Below are positions 1-8,121 of a DNA stretch of 64,000 bases, piece after piece. Source of the stretch: Patescibacteria group bacterium (GTDB taxonomy: Bacteria > Patescibacteriota > Patescibacteriia > SG8-24 > DYFX01); assembly GCA_041659045.1 (NCBI GenBank), contig JBAZZB010000001.1, positions 454,111 through 518,110 on the forward strand, in the 5' to 3' direction. A program made the position numbers and the translations under genes. Below the pieces are notes generated by a model. The model had not been told where the DNA came from. It made no database searches and worked only from the letters and a program-made list of their open reading frames with translations. Within the stretch, counting starts at the first letter, position 1. Each line of letters opens with the position of its first letter.

Positions 1-1525
1 TCGCTTCCGTGAAGACGGAGGCGAGACCACGTGTGTCGATGGTTTGGGCACCGGGCTGCAAAATTTTTGACGCGACCCACGAGGCTACGACGGCGCCGAC
101 AAGATATTTTCCAAGCGCGCGGAAAATCCCCGAGGCACCGAGGCGGCCGAACTTTCGACGCAAGAAATAGAAAAGCAGCGTGACTTGGACGATCGAGGCA
201 ATGGAGTAGGCGGCCGTGAGCGCGAGCACGCGCACGTCATCGATACTGAACAAAGAGAGCCAGAGCCATGTCGTGGCGCGACCGCTCGTGCCAGAGAGCC
301 AGCCTTTAATGGCAAACGTCGCAACAATATTAGCCATCATCGCCGCAAGCGAGATGACGACGGGGATCCAGGTATTCTTGAGCGCATAGAAAGCGCGCGC
401 CAGAAGCGGTGCTAATCCCTGCAGCGACATCGTCAGAACCGCCAGCGCCAAGGCGGCCGCCGACAAACGCGTATCATTCCAACTGAGCGTTTCCGCACCG
501 ATCAATACGCGAACGATCTGAAGCCGCAAGACGAAGGCGAGCGTCGTAAGCGGCACCAAGAAAAACAGAATCTGTCGAAGCGTCATCGAAAAGGTCGTGC
601 GAAATGCCTCGCGATCATTCCGCGCGGCCGCTTCTGAGAGCGCGGGAAATGCCGCCATGGCGAATGGAATCGCCACGACGCCGACCGGAACCGCCGCGAT
701 GTTCATCGCAAGATTGAAGAGCGCCGGAGCGCCGACGCCGAACGTTGTGCCAATGGCCGTGCCGATAAACTGGCTGATCTGCGAGATGTCGATACCGAAG
801 ATGCGCGGCAAAAATAAGCGCCCCACTTCGCGGACGCCTTCATGTTTCGTATCGAAGACGAAATGCGAGCGCCATCCAAGAGCAATGACGGCCGGGAGCT
901 GTACCAGGAAATGCAGAACGGCGCCCAAAATTGCGCCATAGGCCACGCCGAGCACCCCGAACGGCTTCGACAGTACGACGATGCCGAAGATGATCGAAGC
1001 GTTATAGAGAAGAGGCGCCAGCGATGCTGCCAAGAAGCGCTTATGGGCATTCAGGACGCTTGTGAGCACCGCCGAGAGCGCGAAGACAAACGGCGAGAGC
1101 ATCATGACGCGCGTGAGCGAGATCGTCAGTTCGAGCTTCTCCCCCGTGAAGCCAGGTGCGATGAGCGGCACCAGCTTTGAAGCGCCAATCGACAAGGCAA
1201 GGCAGAGCACACCCATAACGACGCCAACGATCGTCAGAATGCTGTTGGTCATGCGCCACGCATCCTCGCGCTTATCCTTGGCAACGTATTCGGTAAAAAC
1301 GGGAATGAACGCCACGGAGAGCGTTCCGAGAATCAAGAGCGCGAACAGGAAGTTCGGAATTTGAAACGAAGCGTAGTAGGCATCGAGCGCGTCGCTCACG
1401 CCGAAACGGGACACCAAAAGTCGGTCACGGAAGAGTCCGAGAACACGCGAAAGGATCGAACTGACGGCGATTAAAAACGCACCGCCGGCAATCGTTTTGG
1501 ATTCCTGCGTGAACAGTTTGAACAT
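1..1525 (-). CDS. murJ: Lipid II flippase MurJ (MviN), partial; the 3' end runs off the window start
   Basis: Reverse-strand translation from ATG at 1523-1525 gives MFKLFTQESKTIAGGAFLIAVSSILSRVLGLFRDRLL...GVSDALDAYYASFQIPNFLF, a classic MurJ N-terminus. Hand translation down to position 2 gave a polytopic membrane protein with no stop seen. It is absent from the ORF track because it is truncated by the window edge. Confidence 0.8.
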   Translation of the reverse strand, partial: MFKLFTQESKTIAGGAFLIAVSSILSRVLGLFRDRLLVSRFGVSDALDAYYASFQIPNFLFALLILGTLSVAFIPVFTEYVAKDKREDAWRMTNSILTIVGVVMGVLCLALSIGASKLVPLIAPGFTGEKLELTISLTRVMMLSPFVFALSAVLTSVLNAHKRFLAASLAPLLYNASIIFGIVVLSKPFGVLGVAYGAILGAVLHFLVQLPAVIALGWRSHFVFDTKHEGVREVGRLFLPRIFGIDISQISQFIGTAIGTTFGVGAPALFNLAMNIAAVPVGVVAIPFAMAAFPALSEAAARNDREAFRTTFSMTLRQILFFLVPLTTLAFVLRLQIVRVLIGAETLSWNDTRLSAAALALAVLTMSLQGLAPLLARAFYALKNTWIPVVISLAAMMANIVATFAIKGWLSGTSGRATTWLWLSLFSIDDVRVLALTAAYSIASIVQVTLLFYFLRRKFGRLGASGIFRALGKYLVGAVVASWVASKILQPGAQTIDTRGLASVFTEA

Positions 1526-1529
1526 GTTC

Positions 1530-2573
1530 CTATTTCAACGCGTCGACCGTTTCGCGCGCGATCATGCTTTCCTCGTCGGTCGGCACGACCAGCGCTTTCA
1601 GCTTGAACGGTTTCAACCACTTCATGATCATGGCACGGATCTCTTTGGAGCGCTCCCCCACTCCGGCGGTAAAGACCACCGCGTCGCAGCCACCCATGAC
1701 GGTCATATACTGACCGACGTACCGCACGACGTCGTACACGAACATCTCGAGCGCGAGTTTGGAGCGCTTATCGCCTGTTGCAGCTTTCGCCAGTACGTCG
1801 CGCATATCCATCGTGCCGGCGATGCCAAGCATGCCGCTCTTCTTATTCAGAAGATCATCAACCTGGTCCGGGGTCATCTTGAGCTCGCGGATCAACCAGA
1901 GCGGAATCTCCGGATCGATGTCTCCACAACGCGTGGACATGGTCAGGCCTTCGAGCGGCGTGAAACCCATGCTCGTGTCGACCGCTTTGCCGTTCTTCAC
2001 CGCAGTCACCGAAGCACCACTGCCGAGGTGGCACGTGACAAGCTTCAATTTCGCGAGCGGCTTCTTCAGTTTTTTCGCCGCCTCGCCCGCGACGTAGGCG
2101 TGCGAGATGCCGTGAAAACCGTATTTACGTACGCCGTGCTTTTCATAGAGCGTATAGGGCAAGGCGTACATGTAGGCGTAGTCCGGCAGATCGCGGTAGA
2201 ACGCCGTGTCAAAAACGGCGACGTTCGGCACGCCTGGCAGCAGCTTCATGGCCGCTTCGATTCCAAGAACGTTCGGCGGATTGTGCAACGGCGCGAGCTT
2301 GTACAACGCCTTCAGTTTTGAAATGACGCGCGCGTCGAGCGCGGTCGGCGCGAGAAATTCGCTTCCTCCATGCACGACGCGATGTCCGACAGCCGTGACT
2401 TTTTGCGGATCAAAACCTTTTTTCTTGAGATCGGAAAAAGCGCTCGAAAGCGCGCCGGCATAGTCGCCATTCACGCGTTCGATTAAACCGGAGGCCAAGA
2501 CCTTCAGTTTGGGGTTCAGGAGCTTGTATTTGAGCGAGGACGACCCGCAATTGATGACAAGAATCATGGGCAC
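1530..2573 (-). CDS. ackA: Acetate kinase
   Basis: 347 aa. N-terminus MPMILVINCGSSSLKYKL, then HRVVHGG and VGHLGNG-like motifs typical of the acetate/propionate kinase family. Sits directly downstream of pduL and the por genes. Confidence 0.85.
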   Translation of the reverse strand: MPMILVINCGSSSLKYKLLNPKLKVLASGLIERVNGDYAGALSSAFSDLKKKGFDPQKVTAVGHRVVHGGSEFLAPTALDARVISKLKALYKLAPLHNPPNVLGIEAAMKLLPGVPNVAVFDTAFYRDLPDYAYMYALPYTLYEKHGVRKYGFHGISHAYVAGEAAKKLKKPLAKLKLVTCHLGSGASVTAVKNGKAVDTSMGFTPLEGLTMSTRCGDIDPEIPLWLIRELKMTPDQVDDLLNKKSGMLGIAGTMDMRDVLAKAATGDKRSKLALEMFVYDVVRYVGQYMTVMGGCDAVVFTAGVGERSKEIRAMIMKWLKPFKLKALVVPTDEESMIARETVDALK

Positions 2574-2585
2574 ACTTTACACGGC

Positions 2586-3203
2586 TCACGCCGCTTTCGA
2601 CCAGACATCGACGATCTTTCCGATTGCGCCCTGGGCGGAAAGTGAGGCGGCATTCGCCTCGTCTGTATCCAAATGAATATTCATGCGGAAACTCGGATGC
2701 ACGCGTACCGCGACATCGTGCACCGTGATCGGCGTGTCGCCAGGCACGCGCACGGAAAGCACGTCGCCATTCTTAAGCCCGAGCGCTTCCGCTTCTTTAT
2801 CGGAAATATGAAGATGTCGCGCGTCGTTGATGACGCCTTCACTGAGTTCAACCGAGCCCTTGGGTCCGATCAATTCGCACTTTCCCGTTCCAGCCAAGTC
2901 ACCAGACACGCGCACGGGCGTTTCGATCCCAAGCTTGAAGCCGTCGGAAAACGCCAACTCAACTTGCGACTGCTTGCGGCAAGGTCCGAGCACGCGCGCT
3001 TCGGCTTGTCCTTTTGCGCCCTTCACGATGACTTTTTCCTCGTAGGCGTACTGCCCGGTTTGAGACAATTCTTTTAATTGCGTCATCTGATATCCGGCGC
3101 CGAAAAGAATGTCTTGATGCTCTTGCGAAAGGTGCACGTGGCGCGCCGAATATTCGATGCGCACGTCGTGGCCGCTTGCGGGGTGTTCAGCGTGGGTCGT
3201 CAT
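2586..3203 (-). CDS. pduL: PduL/EutD-type phosphate acyltransferase (phosphotransacetylase function)
   Basis: 205 aa with duplicated PduL-like half-domains containing RHVHLS and RHLHIS His motifs. Lies between the por genes and ackA, with stop/start spacing consistent with one operon. Confidence 0.7.
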   Translation of the reverse strand: MTTHAEHPASGHDVRIEYSARHVHLSQEHQDILFGAGYQMTQLKELSQTGQYAYEEKVIVKGAKGQAEARVLGPCRKQSQVELAFSDGFKLGIETPVRVSGDLAGTGKCELIGPKGSVELSEGVINDARHLHISDKEAEALGLKNGDVLSVRVPGDTPITVHDVAVRVHPSFRMNIHLDTDEANAASLSAQGAIGKIVDVWSKAA

Positions 3204-3684
3204 AATGCTTCACGATCGGAGTTTCATCATAGCGGAGGAAGGCGCGCAGGAACCGCGCGATCAATGTCTTTTCTTCTGTCTTTCCGAATTTCTTCAAGCG
3301 AGACTTCGGCGCGTGGAACGTCGTAACGGCGAGTTCGATCACCTTCGCGTTCATGCGCACAATCCAACCGAGAAGCCCCGTCTTCCACATCGGGTTTGAA
3401 AGACGCTTGTTCGTAATCTTAATGGCGCTGTCGGGACACACGCGCTCGCAGGTTTCGCAGCCAATGCACTTGTCGAGATCGATGTAGATGCCCGGCTCGC
3501 CGAGCATGCCCAAATCCTTGTTGTGCCACGAGATGGCGTTTACCGGGCACTTCAAGACACACACACCGCAAGATTTGCAGAGCCCAAGGAACCGCGTGAC
3601 ACGGATTTTTGAGTTCTCTTCAGTTTTCGGACGGAAACGCTGGAGTTCTTCCGGCGTGCCACGGTCCATATCAAGCGAGGGCAT
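3187..3684 (-). CDS. porD: 2-oxoacid:ferredoxin oxidoreductase delta subunit (2x[4Fe-4S] ferredoxin)
   Basis: Two CxxCxxCxxxCP motifs (CKSCGVCVLKCP and CIGCETCERVCP). Overlaps the porG stop. Confidence 0.75.
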   Translation of the reverse strand: MPSLDMDRGTPEELQRFRPKTEENSKIRVTRFLGLCKSCGVCVLKCPVNAISWHNKDLGMLGEPGIYIDLDKCIGCETCERVCPDSAIKITNKRLSNPMWKTGLLGWIVRMNAKVIELAVTTFHAPKSRLKKFGKTEEKTLIARFLRAFLRYDETPIVKHYDDPR

Positions 3685-4219
3685 AGCCTTTGTCGAACGC
3701 TTTACGATTCAATTCCTTGAGCGACGGATCCTTCACATACTTCGAAGCGAAGACGTGATCGAGCGCCGCTTCGAATTTATTCTTGTCGAGTCCGGGAATG
3801 AGTTTCACCATGGCGCCCATGATGATCATGTTGAAGACGCGCGGCTTCTTGAATTCTTCCTTGGCGATCTTGCCCGCGTCGATTTCGCGCGGATGCCAGC
3901 GCTCGAGTTTAGAAAGATCTTTCACGAGGTAGCTGTTCACAATGACTTTCGTGTCGTCTTTCAAAAATCCATGAATGCGGTCAACCGCACGCTGCGAGAG
4001 CACGACCCACAAATCAGCCTTCTCGAATTTCGGATACGCCGGCGCAACGTCGCCGATTTGCGCATACGCCTCGGTTACACCGCCGCGCTTCTCTGTTGAG
4101 AAGTATGGCACGTACACGGCTTTCTTCCCTTGTTCAAACGCCGCAATCGCAATGATCTTGGCGATCGATTGCACGCCCTGCCCCCCTTCGCCGCAGATGA
4201 CGATTTTAAACGTATCCAT
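3671..4219 (-). CDS. porG: 2-oxoacid:ferredoxin oxidoreductase gamma subunit
   Basis: MDTFKIVICGEGGQGVQS is a typical POR gamma N-terminus. Start moved to the internal ATG at 4217-4219, immediately after the porB stop at 4221. Confidence 0.75.
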   Translation of the reverse strand: MDTFKIVICGEGGQGVQSIAKIIAIAAFEQGKKAVYVPYFSTEKRGGVTEAYAQIGDVAPAYPKFEKADLWVVLSQRAVDRIHGFLKDDTKVIVNSYLVKDLSKLERWHPREIDAGKIAKEEFKKPRVFNMIIMGAMVKLIPGLDKNKFEAALDHVFASKYVKDPSLKELNRKAFDKGYALA

Positions 4220-4220
4220 A

Positions 4221-4949
4221 CTAGAAGCGTCCCAGTTTGTAGACCGCCGCCATCTTCTTCTCAAGAATGTCGAACGTTTCGTTGGGCTTGTCGATCGTGC
4301 CCCAGTTGAGCGTGCAGGGCGACAGCACTTCCAAGAACGCGAAGCCCTTATTCTCTTTCACGAAGGCCAGCCCTTCCTTCATATATTTCCGGAGTTCGAG
4401 TTGACGCGTCGTAATACCGCGCGCGACCCATGCCGTCGGATTCAGGTGACGGATAAGGTTCGGTCCTTTGACGTAATGATTGTCGGCGCCGTATGGCGTC
4501 GTGATGGTTTTGGTGCCTGGCAACGTCGTCGGAGCCTCTTGGCCGCCGGTCATGGCGTAGACCGCGTTGTTCACGACAATCACGAAGACGTTGTCATTTC
4601 GAATCGCTGCGTTCAAAAGAGAACCCATGCCGATCGCGTAGGCTCCGCCATCACCGACGTAAGCCACCGGAATCGCTTGCGGATTGCCACGCTTCACGCC
4701 GACCATGACAGGCACGGTGCGTCCGTGGTGCGTTTCGATCGTGTCGATGTTGAAAAAATCAAACGCCAAGAGAGAGCAGCCGATGTCGACTCCGAAGGCC
4801 AGGCGTTTTTGAATACCGAGTTCGTCGACAGCGAAACCAAAGGCCTTTAAAACCTCCGGATGTCCGCAACCAGGACAAAACAGGTGCGGCTTCGATTCGA
4901 CGCGTACACACTTCGGGAACGCGAGCTGGGCGGCAGAAGGATGGCTCAT
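4221..4949 (-). CDS. porB: 2-oxoacid:ferredoxin oxidoreductase beta subunit (TPP-binding)
   Basis: CPGCGH...GDGG...NN TPP-binding signature of POR beta. 4-nt overlap with porA. Confidence 0.8.
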   Translation of the reverse strand: MSHPSAAQLAFPKCVRVESKPHLFCPGCGHPEVLKAFGFAVDELGIQKRLAFGVDIGCSLLAFDFFNIDTIETHHGRTVPVMVGVKRGNPQAIPVAYVGDGGAYAIGMGSLLNAAIRNDNVFVIVVNNAVYAMTGGQEAPTTLPGTKTITTPYGADNHYVKGPNLIRHLNPTAWVARGITTRQLELRKYMKEGLAFVKENKGFAFLEVLSPCTLNWGTIDKPNETFDILEKKMAAVYKLGRF

Positions 4950-6079
4950 ACTTCAGGCATATCCGTAATCAGCCGCATAATTTCCTCGACGGAAATACCG
5001 ATCGAGGGGCGGTGGTATTCGATCATCGGAGCGTCGGTTACGCCGTAGAGCTGCTCTTTGACGAGACGCGAAAGTTGGGCAATTGCCGACTCTGGCACGA
5101 TGATGCGCTTAGCGCCTTTCGCGGCCGCACGCATCGCTTTCGTTGGGAAGGGCCGGAGGGTAATGGGTCGGAACAGGCGCGCCTTGCCTCCCGTCTGATC
5201 GATCGCCTGTTTGGCCGCCGAACCGACGATACCGAAAGCAACGATCAAAATTTCAGCATTCGGATCGCCATACGTTTCATGCTCTTCAATTTCCGGAGCG
5301 ACCTTGTCCCACGCCGCCTTGATTTCAAGATTGACTTGCAGTGTTTCCTCTTCAAGGTTCAAACAGTTTCGGTAACAGGAATATTCAACTCCGTCCTGAT
5401 TGCGAATATGTACTTCTGGCGTCGGCACGACCTCGTTGATTGGCCGGTCGCGTTTTTCTTCAAGCAGATATCTTTCCGTCGGCGTCATTTCAACACCTCT
5501 GCTCGCCGGCTCGTAGATTTCAACTTCTCCCATCATCTTGGCTTGATAGCCATCAGCCAACAAAAAAGTCGGGAAGCGATATTTCCACGCCGTGTTGAAC
5601 GCTTTGATGCCGTAGTCGTACAGCTCTTGAAGATTTCCCGGCGCGTAGACGATGCGGTAGCCGTTACCGTTGCCGCCGAACGCCGTCAGGTTCACTTCGG
5701 ACTGCGAATAGATAACCGTCGACGTCGATGGTCCACCGCGTTGGTTGATATAGGCGACGACCGGCAAACGCATGGCTTCACACATCGAGAAGGCGTCTTG
5801 CATGAGCACGTTGCCAGGACCAGCAGTGGCGGTGAAGGCTTTTTGCCCGGAGAGTACGGCGCCGAGCAACATGAACGACGCGCCGATTTCGTCTTCCGCC
5901 TGCACGAACACCATGCCGTCCTTCTTCCCCTTCTCGCTTCCAGCTTCCTTGGCCCACCACAACAAAATTTCCGATCCCGGTGTGATCGGATAGCCGTACA
6001 TCCCCGTTGCTCCCGCAGCACGAGCCGCAAGCGCCAGGATCTCATTGCCCATCAGGAAGCGTTTTTCTGGCATGTACAA
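4946..6079 (-). CDS. porA: 2-oxoacid:ferredoxin oxidoreductase alpha subunit
   Basis: 377 aa. MPEKRFLMGNEILALAARAAGATGMYGYPITPGSEI is a canonical POR/KOR alpha N-terminus. Confidence 0.8.
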   Translation of the reverse strand: MYMPEKRFLMGNEILALAARAAGATGMYGYPITPGSEILLWWAKEAGSEKGKKDGMVFVQAEDEIGASFMLLGAVLSGQKAFTATAGPGNVLMQDAFSMCEAMRLPVVAYINQRGGPSTSTVIYSQSEVNLTAFGGNGNGYRIVYAPGNLQELYDYGIKAFNTAWKYRFPTFLLADGYQAKMMGEVEIYEPASRGVEMTPTERYLLEEKRDRPINEVVPTPEVHIRNQDGVEYSCYRNCLNLEEETLQVNLEIKAAWDKVAPEIEEHETYGDPNAEILIVAFGIVGSAAKQAIDQTGGKARLFRPITLRPFPTKAMRAAAKGAKRIIVPESAIAQLSRLVKEQLYGVTDAPMIEYHRPSIGISVEEIMRLITDMPEV

Positions 6080-6098
6080 AAAATGATGGTCTATACCA

Positions 6099-6437
6099 TC
6101 ATTCTAATGCCCACGGCGATTTCTTGGGAGTGTACAACCAGAAGAGGTCGTCTCCTTCGACCGCGATTTCGATTTTTTCAAGCTCAGAGCCTTCGGGTGC
6201 TCCCCCGGCATCGGGGACGGCGATGCCGGTTTTACAGTCGAACTGGCCGCCGTGCCAGTCACATTCGAGGACTTCTCCGGTACAACGAAGCTTGCCGCCC
6301 ATATGGGTGCAGAAGTTCACGTAGCCGCGAAGACCGTCGCCCGTGTTGACGACGATCAAGTCTTTTCCGATTGCGCGATAGCTTTTGGCGCGGCCAGCGG
6401 CGATCTCTGAAACTTTTCCAAGCGGAATCTTTTGCAT
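6099..6437 (-). CDS. Rieske [2Fe-2S] domain protein
   Basis: CTHMGG...CDWHGGQF is a Rieske CxH...CxxH motif. Start set at the internal ATG 6435-6437, just after the upstream stop at 6439. Confidence 0.55.
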   Translation of the reverse strand: MQKIPLGKVSEIAAGRAKSYRAIGKDLIVVNTGDGLRGYVNFCTHMGGKLRCTGEVLECDWHGGQFDCKTGIAVPDAGGAPEGSELEKIEIAVEGDDLFWLYTPKKSPWALE

Positions 6438-6438
6438 G

Positions 6439-8121
6439 CTAGCGAATGACGCCTCCCCACTCAACAAGCGTGAAACCATCGCGCTTCGGCGTGCGGATCG
6501 TGAAGCCTTCAACCGAGATCGGTTTTTCGAGCGGCAGGAAGTCCATGAGCACACGGATGACCGTGTCCGGTTTCGGCGTGACGTTGAGAGGTGCTAACGC
6601 GTCCATGGCGCGGTTCCCAAGGAAGGTCACAAAGTAGTACGGCGAGCCTGTCATGCGCGGTTCCCAGAATTCAATGAAGTCGGCACGTTCTTGTGTGTTA
6701 AGACCGAGCGAGGAAAGTTTTTCGATCAGGAATCCGTGGACGTCTTTCTGTGCCACGACAAATCCTTGCTTCGGCGTCTCATACAAGCCACCGCGCCCTT
6801 CCCAGAAAAGATACGGGTACGTTTTGCCATCCTTCAAGTTCGTGAGTTCGCCCTTGGACGTCGCACGGACATTCCAACCGCCATCATAGGCAGGTTCCGT
6901 GACCGTGAATCCTCCTTGCGGATACAACTTCACGCTGACGTCGGTTGTCTCTTCAGGATAGAGGTAGATGACGGGCTTGCCGCATTCGACCGCGGGCAAG
7001 AATGCAGCCTTCTGAAATTTTGCCAGTCGGCCGAAAGCATCGCGCCAGAAAAACAGCGGTTGTGCCTTCACGAAATCTTGGTACAACATTTTATCGTCAC
7101 CACGTCCAAGCGCGTAACTGTTCTCATAGGTATCCCTGAGCAGTGCGTGATCGGCGTTCTTGAGGGTGTACACGTTTTCACCTTGTGCCGTCTTACCAGC
7201 GACGCTCAAATCGCCGAGCGCGATACCCTGGACGACTGACAGGAAGTTGGATGCGCCGCATCCGCCAACATCGGTCGCCCAATACTCTTCCGTATTCTTC
7301 ATGCCGTTGCTCCAAGTAACCTCTGGCACGTGCAGATTCTCGTCATAGAACGGAATGTCGAGCGCATAGGCGCGGACCGTTCCATCCGGAGCTACCGCAT
7401 AGAAACCGTGCTGCGGGCGCTCAACCCCTTCGGCGTCGGTGTACAGCGTGCCGAGAGTCGGATGAACGAATGCGATCTTCTTGCCCTTCAGATCGAAAAA
7501 TGGCGCATCTTTCTGAGGATGCTGCTGGCTGAAAAAAGACAGTTGTTGAATGCGCAGTGTCGCGCCGTCTTGCTCGATCGTTTCGGGGAAGACGAGATCA
7601 GGAATAACGATCGTTGCGTCAAACGAGAATTTTTCGGCATCAAAACGCACCGGACCATATTCGTTCGGTACCATATCCACGGTCGCCGAGTGATTGGCGA
7701 GCATCACCGGCTTGCCTTCTTGAGGAAGCAGCACGTGATAGGTCGTATAATCGCCCATGTTCTGTGGTGTAACGCTCACGAACACCACCTGCGCGCCGGC
7801 ATACGGTCCAGCGACGACCGTGCCCACACTGCGCATCTTGTCTTGCGGCGGGAATTCGGTTTTCCTCTGCTGTGCGATCATTTCATTGTACGCATCTGTG
7901 AAAAGATCGATGCCAGAAATTTCTTTCGGCGCCGACCATTTCACTTCCAGGGTCAACGTTGCGCTTGTCGTCTGTTGAGAATCCGGGGTTGAAATCTCAT
8001 TTACAGGCTCGGCAGGTTCATTCATCGTAACCGGCTTTTGATGCACGAACGCGAAATACGCGACGCTGGTGAGCGCAATGACCGCGAAAGCGACCATCAG
8101 GCGAAAATAGTGTTTGTTCAT
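6439..8121 (-). CDS. Hypothetical membrane-anchored exported protein (560 aa)
   Basis: Long ORF with an N-terminal TM helix (FRLMVAFAVIALTSVAYFAF). No recognisable catalytic motifs. Confidence 0.6.
   Translation of the reverse strand: MNKHYFRLMVAFAVIALTSVAYFAFVHQKPVTMNEPAEPVNEISTPDSQQTTSATLTLEVKWSAPKEISGIDLFTDAYNEMIAQQRKTEFPPQDKMRSVGTVVAGPYAGAQVVFVSVTPQNMGDYTTYHVLLPQEGKPVMLANHSATVDMVPNEYGPVRFDAEKFSFDATIVIPDLVFPETIEQDGATLRIQQLSFFSQQHPQKDAPFFDLKGKKIAFVHPTLGTLYTDAEGVERPQHGFYAVAPDGTVRAYALDIPFYDENLHVPEVTWSNGMKNTEEYWATDVGGCGASNFLSVVQGIALGDLSVAGKTAQGENVYTLKNADHALLRDTYENSYALGRGDDKMLYQDFVKAQPLFFWRDAFGRLAKFQKAAFLPAVECGKPVIYLYPEETTDVSVKLYPQGGFTVTEPAYDGGWNVRATSKGELTNLKDGKTYPYLFWEGRGGLYETPKQGFVVAQKDVHGFLIEKLSSLGLNTQERADFIEFWEPRMTGSPYYFVTFLGNRAMDALAPLNVTPKPDTVIRVLMDFLPLEKPISVEGFTIRTPKRDGFTLVEWGGVIR

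Noticed and set aside
1497-2321. 274-aa plus-strand ORF opposite ackA.
   Set aside because: ackA on the minus strand has clear family motifs. The plus ORF is an antisense artefact.
5012-6349. 445-aa plus-strand ORF opposite porA.
   Set aside because: The minus strand encodes an unmistakable POR alpha subunit. The plus ORF is Arg/His-rich low-complexity typical of antisense GC-rich coding DNA.
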